DNA of 64,000 nucleotides from Pachysolen tannophilus NRRL Y-2460. Taxonomy: Eukaryota. The stretch's first letter is position 1. Every line of letters begins with the position of its first letter. The position numbers and the translations under genes were made by a program. This document shows, one piece after another, positions 11,780 through 22,935 of this stretch. Under the pieces are notes generated by a model. It was not told where the DNA came from. It saw nothing but the letters and a program-made list of their open reading frames with translations, and made no database searches. The DNA lies in contig KV454012.1 of assembly GCA_001661245.1 (NCBI GenBank), positions 1 through 64,000 on the forward strand. Reading direction: 5' to 3'.

Positions 11780-13450
11780 ATGTTTGGTCCTTTTGTAAAT
11801 GACACAGAGGATCCTAAGAAATTTGCTGTTTGGGAACCTAAGGTCAAAGTTTATCGCGAGGCTTTAGCTGCTGGTATTAAAGATGAGTACAAACTTCCTC
11901 AAGAATTGATTCCAAAAGATTTTGACGTAGGAGTTGATGTTACTGGAATTCCTGCTAAAGTATTAACGGAATCAGAATTGGCTATTACAGAATCTTCTGG
12001 GTGTGACTTGGTTGTAAAAATAGCTGCTGGTGAATTGAGTGCAGTTGAAGTTTTCAAAGCATTTGCAAAACGGGCAACAATTGCTCACCAATTGACGAAT
12101 TGTGCAATGCAGATATTTGTTGACGAAGGTTTAATGAGAGCTAAAGAATTAGATGCTTACTATGCTAAAACTGGTAAAACTGTTGGACCGTTACATGGAC
12201 TACCGGTGTCTTTAAAAGAGCACTATAATTATAAAGGCAAAATAACTCATAGCGGTTATGTTGGTTACATTGATAATGTTACTGAGAACTGGAGTGTAGC
12301 AGTTGAAGTATTAAAAGAAGCTGGTGCTGTGTTCTACATTAGAACAACAGAGCCCCAAAGTTTGATGCACCTTTGTTCTTATAACAATATCACTGGTGCA
12401 TGTAGGAATCCTTGGAATACATCTTTAACCCCAGGTGGTTCTTCAAGTGGTGAAGGTGCGTTAGCTGCGATGAAGGGAAGCGTTTTCGGTTTAGGCAGTG
12501 ACATTGGAGGATCCATCAGATGCCCAGCAGCTTTCTGTGGTGTGTGGGGGTTAAGACCAACACAAAAGAGATTGTCAATGCACAATGTCACTAGTTGTTG
12601 CGGAAGCAAAGTTCAAGAATCGGTTGCCTGTGTCCTTGGTCCATTGGCTCGCTCAGCTGAGGATCTTGACTTATTTATGAAAGCGTCCATAGTTTCTGAG
12701 CCTTGGAAAAAAGACGCATGTATTATTCCGCTTCCATGGAGGACTGAATCGGTACCATCACCGAAGGAATTAACTATCGCTGTTTGCTATGACGACGGAG
12801 TTGTAAAACCAACTGCACCAATTATCCGTGCATTGAAACATGCTGTCAGCAAATTAGAAGCTTCTGGTGTTAAAGTTGTAGAATGGAAGCCTATCGCCGT
12901 TCAGAAACTTGTTGAAACCTGTTCTGCAATGTATAACGCAGACGGAAATTCTTCTCAAAAGTTAGCTTTAGCAGCTTCTGGCGAACCATTAGCTCCATTG
13001 ACACATGTAGCATTATCCTTTGGTTGTGGTGATGATGGAGTCTCAGTTGAGAAAAACCAAGAGTTGAACGGCATTAGAGATCAAGGTCGTCAAGATTACC
13101 TTTCCGCTATGGACGCTCAAGGCATAGACTATATCCTCTGTCCCACTTATGTTTCTGTTGCTGCTAAACCAGATGTTATCAAGTACTGGGGCTACACAAA
13201 TCTTTGGAATATTCTTGACTACCCTAGTGTAATCTTTCCAACTGGATTAAAAGTCAATCCAGACCTTGATGTAGTTGATAAGAGTTATAAACCCCGTAAC
13301 GAATACGAAGCCTACGAACATTTCTTGTACACTGATCCAAAAGATTTTATCAACGCTCCTATTAATTTACAATTAACTGGTAGACGTTACTTTGAGGAGA
13401 AACTTATTAAAGCATCACAAGTTATTGGAGAGATTATTCTGCAAAAATAA
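11780..13450 (+). CDS. Amidase-signature family enzyme (acetamidase / general amidase type)
   Basis: 556 aa with GPLHGLPVSLKE (catalytic Lys), PGGSSSGEG and GSDIGGSIRCPA; the Ser-cisSer-Lys triad is intact. Confidence 0.93.
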   Translation: MFGPFVNDTEDPKKFAVWEPKVKVYREALAAGIKDEYKLPQELIPKDFDVGVDVTGIPAKVLTESELAITESSGCDLVVKIAAGELSAVEVFKAFAKRATIAHQLTNCAMQIFVDEGLMRAKELDAYYAKTGKTVGPLHGLPVSLKEHYNYKGKITHSGYVGYIDNVTENWSVAVEVLKEAGAVFYIRTTEPQSLMHLCSYNNITGACRNPWNTSLTPGGSSSGEGALAAMKGSVFGLGSDIGGSIRCPAAFCGVWGLRPTQKRLSMHNVTSCCGSKVQESVACVLGPLARSAEDLDLFMKASIVSEPWKKDACIIPLPWRTESVPSPKELTIAVCYDDGVVKPTAPIIRALKHAVSKLEASGVKVVEWKPIAVQKLVETCSAMYNADGNSSQKLALAASGEPLAPLTHVALSFGCGDDGVSVEKNQELNGIRDQGRQDYLSAMDAQGIDYILCPTYVSVAAKPDVIKYWGYTNLWNILDYPSVIFPTGLKVNPDLDVVDKSYKPRNEYEAYEHFLYTDPKDFINAPINLQLTGRRYFEEKLIKASQVIGEIILQK

Positions 13451-13830
13451 AAAAATTTCTATATTTGTTTCTCGCTCGATCAATATAAATATCAGCGATA
13501 TGCAGGTATGATAATTTTGCATTTATTTTCTGTATGTATTTTTGAAAGCGCCACATCTAAAAATGTTTCAAGGCAGATCTTCTAGATGCATATGAAAGAA
13601 ACTACTTTGACCACAATTTTCAATTATCAATTCTCTTTGGCTCATATTACTTTCAAAGCTGAGAATAATAGGAAGTTGGCATTCATCTGAATTATGTTTT
13701 GACGTAGCAGTTTATATATAATAGTTCTTTGTTTTCTTGTTTTTTAATCTTTTTTTTTTCTTTTAGAAATGGAATAATTCATAAATCTCTTATATTTGAT
13801 CTCTCATATTCTTCTGGAAATCCTAGAAAA

Positions 13831-15906
13831 ATGACTTCAAGTGTTCAAATTTTAGATCAAGGTGTAGGCTATGGTATCTTAGTTGGAGTTGGAGCTCTAT
13901 TTGCAACCTTCATTGCAGTTATTACAAAGTTAATGAATAGGTATTTGCATGAGAATTCAAATTCTACTGAAATGTTTATGGTTGCAAATAGATCTGTTGG
14001 AATTGGTTTAACAGGTTCAGCTGTTCTATCGTCCTGGTTATGGGCAACCGTGATTTTATGGTCTGTTGTTATGGTGTACAACTATGGTATTGGTTCAGCC
14101 TATTTGTATGCGGCTACATCTTCTGTTCAAATTGCAATATTGACTGTAATTGGTATTGAAGCAAAATTGAAGATTCCGCATGCACACACTTCATTGGAAA
14201 TAATTCAATTAAGATATGGTAAATATACACATATTTTGTATATCTTTTTATGTTTGGTGAATAATTTACTTTCTTGTGCATCTATGATTTTGGGTGCTTC
14301 AAGTGCGATTGTTGCAATGTGTGGCATACATGTGGTCGCAGCTAATTTATTATTACCATTTGGTGTGATATGTTATACAGTTGTTGGTGGTTTGAAATCA
14401 ACTTTTTTAACCGATTATATTCATACTGTCATTGCCTTAATTGTATTTATTTATTTTGCTACAGCAGCTCTTACCAATGAAGAAATTGGGGGTATTGGAA
14501 GCTTGTACAGAAAAGTCAGAGATTGGGAATTGGAAAATAACCATAATATAAGTGGTAATTATGAAGGCTCGCTATTGACAATGAAATCACAAGGTGCTTG
14601 GTTTTTTGGTTTAATTCATAGCATTGGTGATACTGGATTATCAGTTATGGATTCATCTTTTTGGCAAAAAGCATATTCCGCAGACGTGAATGCCATGGTC
14701 CCAGGTTATATAATTGGATCTCTTACAATTTATGCTTGTGCTTGGCCTATAGGAACTATATTCGGATTAATTGCTGTGATATTGGAAGATACAAGTATCT
14801 TTCCTACTTACCCTAACAAGATGACTACTGATGACATAGATAGTGGCTACGTTATTATCTATACATTAAAAGCATTATTAGGGAAAAATGCAGTTGCTGC
14901 ATTGCTGTTGTGTATTTTCTTGGCTGCAACTTCCACAGTTTCAGCTCAAACAATTTCTGTTAGTAGTATCATCAGCTTTGATATTTACAGAACCTATATC
15001 AATCCAAAGGCAACAGATAAACAATTGATTGCTATTTCACATTTTGGGGTTATTTTTTTCGGTTTATTTTGCGCAGGGTTCTCAATCATGTTGAACTATG
15101 TTGGAGTCAATATTACCTGGATGGGTTATTTTTATTCTATGGTTATCTGTCCTGGTGTTATTCCATTGATTGCTTCTATTATCTGGAAAGATCAAAATTT
15201 ACCTGGAGTTTTTATTTCTCCAATTATCGGTATGGGTGCAGGTTTAGGTGTTTGGCTAGGAACTGCTAAAAAAATGTACGGAGCTTTGAATTTAGATACC
15301 ACAGTAGAACAATTACCATGTTTATATGGAAGTTTGACGGCATTGTTCTTACCTGGAATTTTGACTGTAATTATCAGTTTGGTTAAACCAGCAAATTTTG
15401 ATTGGAATATATTAAAGAAAGCAACACTAGTGGAAGATAATGATCAATTTTCAGAGAACCCAGAAAATTCATCTTCAGGTCAATCAGATTTTGAAAACCC
15501 AGATTTTGAAAAACAAGACTCTGATGTCTCAAAACAGCCTTTAGCTCATGTTGGATCTGTTTCCGCTGTAGAAGAAAATAGTGATGTTGGTACTTGTGAA
15601 TCACAAGGCGATGAAGATGATTACACTTTGAAAGAGAAAGAAAAAAAGAAGTTGAAAAAAATGATTCGCATTGCTTGGATTTATTGTATCGCAAATATAT
15701 TAATTACTCAAGTTGTATGGCCATTGCCATTATATAGAGACTATATTTTTACTGAATCTTTTTTTAAAGGTTGGGTCGGAGTATCTGTTGCTGTTATTTA
15801 TGCTAGTTTTATTGTTGTTGGTATTTATCCATTATGGGATGGTAGAAATGCGATTAAAAAAGTTATTTTCGGAGTTTACAGAGATTTATCTAAAAAGAAA
15901 GTTTAG
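13831..15906 (+). CDS. Dur3-like urea/polyamine transporter (solute:sodium symporter family)
   Basis: First ATG at 13831, 691 aa. Motifs LDQGVGYGILVG, EMFMVANRSVG.GL, VVGGLKSTFLTDYIHT, GNYEGSLLTMKS, SFDIYRTYINPKAT. A divergent paralogue; orthology to DUR3 is not established. Confidence 0.88.
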   Translation: MTSSVQILDQGVGYGILVGVGALFATFIAVITKLMNRYLHENSNSTEMFMVANRSVGIGLTGSAVLSSWLWATVILWSVVMVYNYGIGSAYLYAATSSVQIAILTVIGIEAKLKIPHAHTSLEIIQLRYGKYTHILYIFLCLVNNLLSCASMILGASSAIVAMCGIHVVAANLLLPFGVICYTVVGGLKSTFLTDYIHTVIALIVFIYFATAALTNEEIGGIGSLYRKVRDWELENNHNISGNYEGSLLTMKSQGAWFFGLIHSIGDTGLSVMDSSFWQKAYSADVNAMVPGYIIGSLTIYACAWPIGTIFGLIAVILEDTSIFPTYPNKMTTDDIDSGYVIIYTLKALLGKNAVAALLLCIFLAATSTVSAQTISVSSIISFDIYRTYINPKATDKQLIAISHFGVIFFGLFCAGFSIMLNYVGVNITWMGYFYSMVICPGVIPLIASIIWKDQNLPGVFISPIIGMGAGLGVWLGTAKKMYGALNLDTTVEQLPCLYGSLTALFLPGILTVIISLVKPANFDWNILKKATLVEDNDQFSENPENSSSGQSDFENPDFEKQDSDVSKQPLAHVGSVSAVEENSDVGTCESQGDEDDYTLKEKEKKKLKKMIRIAWIYCIANILITQVVWPLPLYRDYIFTESFFKGWVGVSVAVIYASFIVVGIYPLWDGRNAIKKVIFGVYRDLSKKKV

Positions 15907-16024
15907 TTTTAAAGAAATATGTTTAATTGATTTTCTAATTTTTAATATCATATCATACATTTTATCAAATAGGGGAAACAAAATAATAATTTCTAATTAA
16001 AAACTATATACTATAAACCACGAA

Positions 16025-17290
16025 TCAAGATATAGCTAAAGAGTTTTGGGAAAACTTTAAGTGCTCCTTGTCACTTTGGTGCCATCTTTCATTATACCTT
16101 CCATAAATTAAAACAGGAGTAGGTTCTTCAACAGGAGCAGAGTACAACTTGGCTTTACCAAAAAATCTGTCCTTATCAGAATCCCATTGACCAAAAGTAA
16201 TTTTTTCCCACTCTTTTGGTTTATTGTAACCTAGTCTTTTCAATTTTGGTGAATCAAGAGTTTCGGGATCAATAACAGTATATGGCGCCGGATCAGCAAA
16301 ATATATAAGGCCCAACCTCCTATGATTCTGTTGATCTTGCGGTGGCTTAACAACTCTGTGAATGGTAGATTTAAAATATGCTCCAGTTAAAAATTCGAGA
16401 GCATCTCCGACATTGCATACATAGGCATTTTCCATGTAATCAACATATTTCCAGTCACCAGTATAATAATCTCTTAGTTGTAAAGATGTCATTGGCTGTG
16501 AATAGATAAATGTGAAAGCAGTCGAATCTGAATGACCTCTTAACCAAGTATTCTTGGTTTTCTTTTCATCTTCTGATGACATACCATAATACATCATGAA
16601 TCGACCCCAACCAAATCCAGATCTTTCGATATCGCCTTCTCTAATTTTAAAAAAGTTTTCCCATAAAGTTCCTTCTGGTATTTCTAAAATAATATCACAT
16701 AAGATAGTCAACTTTCTTAGCAATTCATTATGTATATAATCATAATAAGTAATTATAGAATCCAAGTTAGCAGTAACAATTTCAGGTTGTTTATGTTTTT
16801 TCAATTCTTCCGGTTGTAGCAAATCTCTCAAGTTATAATGACAAATTGCATCTCTAACCCCAGATTGCATACCCCAATAACCTTTTGGTTTATAGCCGTT
16901 TCCTCTTTCACCACCCATATACTTGTCTCTATCTTCTTCATCTGTAGTCTTCGCACCGGCATAATATTGAATTTTTTCTTCCTCTGGAATCTCCATAACT
17001 GATTGAGCAATTGCATGTAATTTTTCATTTAAAGATTTTTCTATTCCATGACCAGTTAAGTAGAAAAAACCATAAGTTCTAATTGATTTTTCCAATTGAT
17101 CTGCCAACTTCTTCCTGGATTCAAAATTTTCACTTCCATCTTTAAATTGACTAATATCCAAGCTATCAACCTTAACTGTAGGGATATTCTCTTTAGTTGG
17201 CTTAACGTGAACAAATGGGCGAACGTTATATTTTTCGTTCACTTTTCTTTGATACTCTTCATCAATGTATGGAATCTTAGTAATTGTCAT
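16025..17290 (-). CDS. 2-oxoglutarate/Fe(II)-dependent dioxygenase (IPNS/DIOX_N-type)
   Basis: First ATG at 17290, 421 aa. DIOX_N-like LDIS...YGFFYLTGHGI; Fe ligands H-S-D (LRGHSDS) and distal H (STIHRVV); CNVGDALE; 2OG-binding Arg in RRLGLIYF. Confidence 0.88.
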   Translation of the reverse strand: MTITKIPYIDEEYQRKVNEKYNVRPFVHVKPTKENIPTVKVDSLDISQFKDGSENFESRKKLADQLEKSIRTYGFFYLTGHGIEKSLNEKLHAIAQSVMEIPEEEKIQYYAGAKTTDEEDRDKYMGGERGNGYKPKGYWGMQSGVRDAICHYNLRDLLQPEELKKHKQPEIVTANLDSIITYYDYIHNELLRKLTILCDIILEIPEGTLWENFFKIREGDIERSGFGWGRFMMYYGMSSEDEKKTKNTWLRGHSDSTAFTFIYSQPMTSLQLRDYYTGDWKYVDYMENAYVCNVGDALEFLTGAYFKSTIHRVVKPPQDQQNHRRLGLIYFADPAPYTVIDPETLDSPKLKRLGYNKPKEWEKITFGQWDSDKDRFFGKAKLYSAPVEEPTPVLIYGRYNERWHQSDKEHLKFSQNSLAIS

Positions 17291-18628
17291 TGTTTTTTTT
17301 ACTTTTATAAATATATTAATTCCATCAAAAATTGGAAGCAATAATCTTGAAGATCTTGATTTTCATTCCCCGAAACAGTTCTCTCCATTGCTCATTATAT
17401 ATATGGTGAATATGGTACAATGATATGTTAAAAAAATACTACAGCAGTTTGATGTCAACTGTGGCTTTCCTATTTGAAATTGTGGATGGACAACTATTTT
17501 TTTTAAAAGTCTTGAGAGACTCAGTTGGCAAAGACATTATATAAAAGAACTAAATTATCTCATAATTTATTATTCAAGATGATTCTATTATCGTACGTTA
17601 AATGCTGGTGTAAGTAGCTTCATATCAACATCTACACCATCATGGTGAGAGATGGATTGTGAGTATTTTTTGATTTTTTCATTTTTTTCATTTTTTTGTT
17701 TTTTTCCTGTTCTCAAATTGAGAATTCTGCAGATTAGCCGACTAGCCTAGATTCAATAGAAAATAGTCGATACGCTAAAGTGATTGATAAAGCTCTTACT
17801 TGGGTCATAGAGATTAATTGAGTCTTTAGAGATATATTGCATGAAATATATATTTAAAAAAAATCAAGTAAGAAATCATATGGCAATTTCTTCTTCTTCA
17901 TTTCTCTATTCAATTTTTTATCGCAAAGATATGAATTGGATAGATCAACTTTTTGAAATTGAAGAATCTTTTTTTTTTTTATATATTATTGTATTTGCTT
18001 TTGTTTGCTAGCTTGAGAGGGAAACAAGCATTCAAGTTTTATTCTGTAATCACAAGAAATCAAATGGTAAATGGTGCGTCTTTGATGCAATACAGAGTTT
18101 ACCACAATTAAATTTTTGTTTTGATAAAAGAATCTTCTCGCAGAATTACCTTTTTTTTTATTTTCTTTTTTTGGCAAGATTACCAATACTCTGAAAAGTT
18201 TCAACTTATTCATTCTTCTTCCACAATTACTTTCAAGAAATGATTGGTATCTTTTTACTGAAATCTACTATACTATATCTCCATTGAAATAATACTTTAT
18301 ATTTTTCAAAAAATCAGTTTAACTTCAGCCGCACATACTAAACTATTGCATATGCAACAATTTGTACAGTTTCCATACATGAAAATTTCACGCCTTGACT
18401 AATAAATGAGTATTAAAGAATGAAATAACGTTTTGAAACAAGCTATTTAGTTGGAATTTTGTATACTATTTTAGTAACTAGAATTCGAAAAAAAAAAAAA
18501 TAGAAACTAGTTACAATTAAAATTTTACTCTTAACCGTGCCAAAAATGTACCAAAAATTTGTCTCTTATCATCGAGCTCATATTCAAAAAAACCTCTACT
18601 CGTTCTCTGTGAAACTCTTTGACCTGGA

Positions 18629-18720
18629 TACCAACTGATGATCTACCAACTGGTGATCTAACTGCTGGTAATCTGCCAATTTATAGTCCGCCAAATTATA
18701 GTCTGCCAATAGTGCCAATA
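18629..18720. repeat. Degenerate 15-bp minisatellite (about 6 units) upstream of IRE1
   Basis: Units taccaactgatgatc / taccaactggtgatc / taactgctggtaatc / tgccaatttatagtc / cgccaaattatagtc / tgccaatagt... Confidence 0.7.
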
Positions 18721-19136
18721 ACTTTAATAACCAAAAGAAAAAAGACCAAAAAAAGTAGTAAAATTGCCGTGTCACTAAATCATCATCAATTTTTTTTTTT
18801 TTTCTTTCTCTCTTTCGGAAACCGCCCTAGAGGCGCATTATTTTATAAAAGAAATCTCTCGTAATATAGGAATTTAATTTAATTATTTAAATGCTTTTAT
18901 TTTTAATCAATAAGTTAAGAGTTCTCTCAAGGTGAGATTATGTTTGGATATTGAATAGGTGAAGGAAAAACAAAGGAAGCAATTTGTTGTTTTTTTTTTG
19001 TTTTCTTTTCTTTTTTTTTGTTATTTTTTTTTGTTTTTCTTTTGTTTTATTTCTTCTGATTTTCTTTTTTTTTTTCTATATTTTTCATTTTCTATCAGGA
19101 CTTTAGGACGAAGCAAATATAACGTTGTATCTGAGG

Positions 19137-22100
19137 ATGAATCGGTTCATATTGAAACTTTTATTGGTTTATTTTGTTTGTCTTTCGATTTTCTCTCTTG
19201 ATGTGCACGCTCACCCTAGTCCGCAGGAAATCAATAAACCTTTAAGAGATCAAGTAACGGCGGTACCATCAAGTAATAATGGTTTAAATTTAGATCAGAC
19301 TCTGCAGCTGCAAAAAGCATATATTTTTTCAAATACAAATAATTATAGATCGATTGATGATTTCACTGTTACAAACTTGCTATTGGCATCTGATATTGAG
19401 GGTAATATTCATGCACTAAATAGAAATACAGGGGAATTGATATGGACTTTACTAGGACATAGTTCACTTGTGGAAATAAGCAAACCAACAACAAATGTAA
19501 TTAAAGATGAACCACTCCATAGTGATGGGAATAATAATCATGATGTTAGTAATATTACTTGGATAGTTGAACCTTACAACGAGGGAAGCTTGTATTTTTT
19601 CACAAAAGAATTGGGGTTACAAAAATTATCAACTTCAATTCGTAATTTGGTTCTGCAAAGTCCTTTTGCATTAACAGGTGATGACAAAATTTATACTGGA
19701 ACAAGAAAAACATCGTTGTATAAGATAAATGCAAGAACTGGTGAGATCATTGGAACATACGGATTAACCAATGATAATCCACTTTACATGTGTGATCTGG
19801 AAGATGAAGTTAAAAACGAATTTGATGAAAATTCCGATCCAATTATATTACTAGGGAAAACAATTTACGAATTAACTATTTATTCACATAATAATACTTT
19901 ATGGAATGTAACCTATACAACTTGGGGCCAAAATAATATTGATAACGATTTAGTATTACAAAATACAGATTCCATCGATGGAGTTTATGTTGCACCATTC
20001 CATGACAATTCGTTATTAGCTATTGATTCAAATTCAAAAATTGCTAAATGGGTCTCAAATTTACCTTCTATTGCAATAAATGTTTTTGACATCTTTAAAG
20101 ATCTGAAAACTGACAATTATGTTTTGTTGCCTCATCCTTTACATCCTCATTTGAATAGAGAATTCCCCGATGATACTCACAGTAATATATTAACTGAAGA
20201 TACGTTTATTGATAAGACAAAAAATGGCTCTTGGTTTGCAATGTCAGGTTTAAATTATCCCTCTTTGGTTAAATCTGCTCCAACAGCTAAATATTGTACA
20301 AGTGACAGATGGAGACTTCCCACTGTTTTTGAAAATGAAGATTTGTTATCTATATCTATAAGTGGAGTACACAAAAATATTAATCAAGATAGAAACTCAT
20401 TAGTTTTACAAGACAAGAATACCAAATTTCCCTCAGTTATCGCAACCCTCCCTCACAATAGAAACAACGTACAATCAACTAGTTGGCTTTCATTGCCTTC
20501 TTCGGACATTCTCTCAATAGATCCTCCTCAAAATATGTCTAATATGTCATTAAAGGATAAATTGAAAAAATTGACATTTAAAATTGTTGAGCACACAATA
20601 ACAACTATCTTATTAATATTGGCTGTTGTATTATTATCGAGAATGGGAATATTACCACCAATAACGCAAATGTTATCTAAATTAGGGTTTTTCAGAAGAA
20701 CTCACCATGCCGTTGAATTGGTTGATAAATTGATGCAAGGAGATGAAAATTTTGAAAAAAGCATTGATTTAATTAGAAAAGAAAGACTACAATATATTCA
20801 AAATGAAGAAAAAGATAAAGAAAATAATCATATTAATTACAAGAACCATAATCAAGAAACTGGAATTACAGATGAAGATGACACCACAAGCTTTAATAGC
20901 AATAATATAGTAGGAGATAAAGTAGGAAAGAAAGTAACAATTATTGACAGACATACTGATGTAATAGATGGGATTGATAGTAAATACGATGATGAAAAAC
21001 TATCACCTCTGGCTCTCGAGCAAGGAACTATCAAGAAAAGAAAGAGAGGTACTCGTGGTGGAAAGAAAAATAAAAAAAATAACAACAGCAACAACAACAA
21101 CAACAACAACAATAATAATAATAATAATAATAATTTGGAACATGAACATCATGAAATAATTCCTTCGATGTCACTGCAAGCACAATCAAATTCATCAACC
21201 GCAGAAAATACACCTACAAAACAATCAAGTAATAGCAGTTTAGTGATTTCGGATCATGTATTAGGATATGGATCGCATGGTACCGTTGTTTATAAAGGGA
21301 CATTTGAAAACAGACCGGTTGCTGTGAAGAGAATGCTTATTGATTTTTTCGACGTTGCGTCACATGAAGTCGCCTTATTGCAAGAAAGTGATGATCACCC
21401 AAATGTGATCAGATATTTTTGTTCACAAGAGAGTGACAGATTTTTATACATCGCATTAGAATTATGTTCCGCAACTTTGGAAGACGTAATTGAAAAATCG
21501 GATTCAGATCCAAAGTTGAAGGACTTGAAGAACAGAATGGATACGTTACTTGTTTTATACCAACTTGTTAATGGGCTTCATCATTTACATAGCTTGAAAA
21601 TTGTGCATAGAGATATTAAGCCTCAAAATATTTTAATTGTGCCGCCGAAGAAGATTCATTCAAAAAAATCAGCAACTTCATTATCTACTGCAACCTCAGA
21701 TCTTGGCACGTTATCGAATTCATTGCCATCATTAAGTGGAGAAAATAACGAGGAATATACCCCTGTGAGAATGCTTATTTCTGATTTTGGTTTATGTAAA
21801 AAATTAGAACCAGATCAGTCTTCTTTCCGAGTTACTACTGCCCATGCTGCTGGAACTTCTGGATGGCGAGCTCCAGAATTGTTAATTGATGAAAATGATT
21901 CAATTTATAATTCTATTCAAATCTTACAGAATAGCAATAACAATTCTTCTTCAACAATAAAACAACATCAGTCTCAAGGTTCTGTTTCTGAACCTTTGGT
22001 ATTTGATTCAATATCTAATAGGAGGTTGACCAGAGCTATAGATGTTTTTTCTATGGGATGTGTATTTTACTATGTTTTAACGAATGGTTCGCATCCTTTT

Positions 22101-22667
22101 GGAGATAGATATTTAAGAGAAGGGAACATTATAAAAGGTGAATACAACTTGGACTTGTTAAACTCACGTAATGATGCTCTTGAGGCGAAGGATTTAATTT
22201 CTAAAATGATTTCAAGAAACCCAAAATTAAGACCAGACACTTCAGTTATTTTAAATCATCCGTTCTTTTGGTCACCTTTCAAGAAATTAGATTTCTTATT
22301 AAAAGTAAGTGATAGATTTGAAATCGAGAGACGTGACCCACCATCAAAATTACTTTTAAAGCTAGAAAATGTAGCAATAAATGTATTGGGTGAAGAAGGT
22401 TGGTGGTGTAAATTTGATGAAAAATTTATTGAAAATTTAGGAAAATATAGGAAATACAACCCACATAAATTAATGGATTTATTGAGGGCCTTAAGAAACA
22501 AGTATCACCATTTCAACGATTTACCAGCTGATTTACTGCAAGAAATGAGTCCTTTACCAGAAGGATTTTATAATTATTACAGTACAAAATTCCCTAACAT
22601 GTTAATGGAAATTTACTATGTGGTTCAAGAAAATCTTAAAGATGAAGATGTTTTCAGAAATATATAG
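19137..22667 (+). CDS. IRE1: ER stress sensor kinase/endoribonuclease Ire1
   Basis: Signal peptide, luminal domain, TM segment, basic KKRKRGTRGGKKNKK stretch, kinase (LGYGSHGTVVY, VAVKRML, HRDIKPQN, ISDFGLCKKL, GTSGWRAPE) and KEN RNase (DLLRALRNKYHH). First ATG is at 19137. Confidence 0.97.
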   Translation: MNRFILKLLLVYFVCLSIFSLDVHAHPSPQEINKPLRDQVTAVPSSNNGLNLDQTLQLQKAYIFSNTNNYRSIDDFTVTNLLLASDIEGNIHALNRNTGELIWTLLGHSSLVEISKPTTNVIKDEPLHSDGNNNHDVSNITWIVEPYNEGSLYFFTKELGLQKLSTSIRNLVLQSPFALTGDDKIYTGTRKTSLYKINARTGEIIGTYGLTNDNPLYMCDLEDEVKNEFDENSDPIILLGKTIYELTIYSHNNTLWNVTYTTWGQNNIDNDLVLQNTDSIDGVYVAPFHDNSLLAIDSNSKIAKWVSNLPSIAINVFDIFKDLKTDNYVLLPHPLHPHLNREFPDDTHSNILTEDTFIDKTKNGSWFAMSGLNYPSLVKSAPTAKYCTSDRWRLPTVFENEDLLSISISGVHKNINQDRNSLVLQDKNTKFPSVIATLPHNRNNVQSTSWLSLPSSDILSIDPPQNMSNMSLKDKLKKLTFKIVEHTITTILLILAVVLLSRMGILPPITQMLSKLGFFRRTHHAVELVDKLMQGDENFEKSIDLIRKERLQYIQNEEKDKENNHINYKNHNQETGITDEDDTTSFNSNNIVGDKVGKKVTIIDRHTDVIDGIDSKYDDEKLSPLALEQGTIKKRKRGTRGGKKNKKNNNSNNNNNNNNNNNNNNNLEHEHHEIIPSMSLQAQSNSSTAENTPTKQSSNSSLVISDHVLGYGSHGTVVYKGTFENRPVAVKRMLIDFFDVASHEVALLQESDDHPNVIRYFCSQESDRFLYIALELCSATLEDVIEKSDSDPKLKDLKNRMDTLLVLYQLVNGLHHLHSLKIVHRDIKPQNILIVPPKKIHSKKSATSLSTATSDLGTLSNSLPSLSGENNEEYTPVRMLISDFGLCKKLEPDQSSFRVTTAHAAGTSGWRAPELLIDENDSIYNSIQILQNSNNNSSSTIKQHQSQGSVSEPLVFDSISNRRLTRAIDVFSMGCVFYYVLTNGSHPFGDRYLREGNIIKGEYNLDLLNSRNDALEAKDLISKMISRNPKLRPDTSVILNHPFFWSPFKKLDFLLKVSDRFEIERRDPPSKLLLKLENVAINVLGEEGWWCKFDEKFIENLGKYRKYNPHKLMDLLRALRNKYHHFNDLPADLLQEMSPLPEGFYNYYSTKFPNMLMEIYYVVQENLKDEDVFRNI

Positions 22668-22935
22668 TAAATCATACTTTGTAGATATAAGCAATTAAGG
22701 TAAATAAGGTAAATAAAGTAAAATAATTATTTAACAACACTAATTTGAACCGATTATAGTATTTGATCAATTTTTCTTAGTAGTAGTCATTGATTTGAAA
22801 ATGCATACCACTAAGTCATCTTTCCTAATTTAATTTTTTTATGGCGTGCAGAAATATTTAAACTCATATTTCAGCAATTAAAGAAGAAGTAATTACAGAA
22901 TTTATACAAATAAGTACTTATAGTGCTGTAAGTTC

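Noticed and set aside
17870..18260. Possible pseudogene or small ORF (17986-18213) between the dioxygenase and IRE1
   Set aside because: No recognisable motif in the minus-strand frames I read; the ORF is poly-A driven.
21080..21133. Poly-Asn/Gln trinucleotide tracts in IRE1, USO1, the arrestin and ATG21, and long poly-A/T runs
   Set aside because: Ordinary slippage features of AT-rich yeast genomes; the small poly-F/K/L ORFs they generate are spurious.
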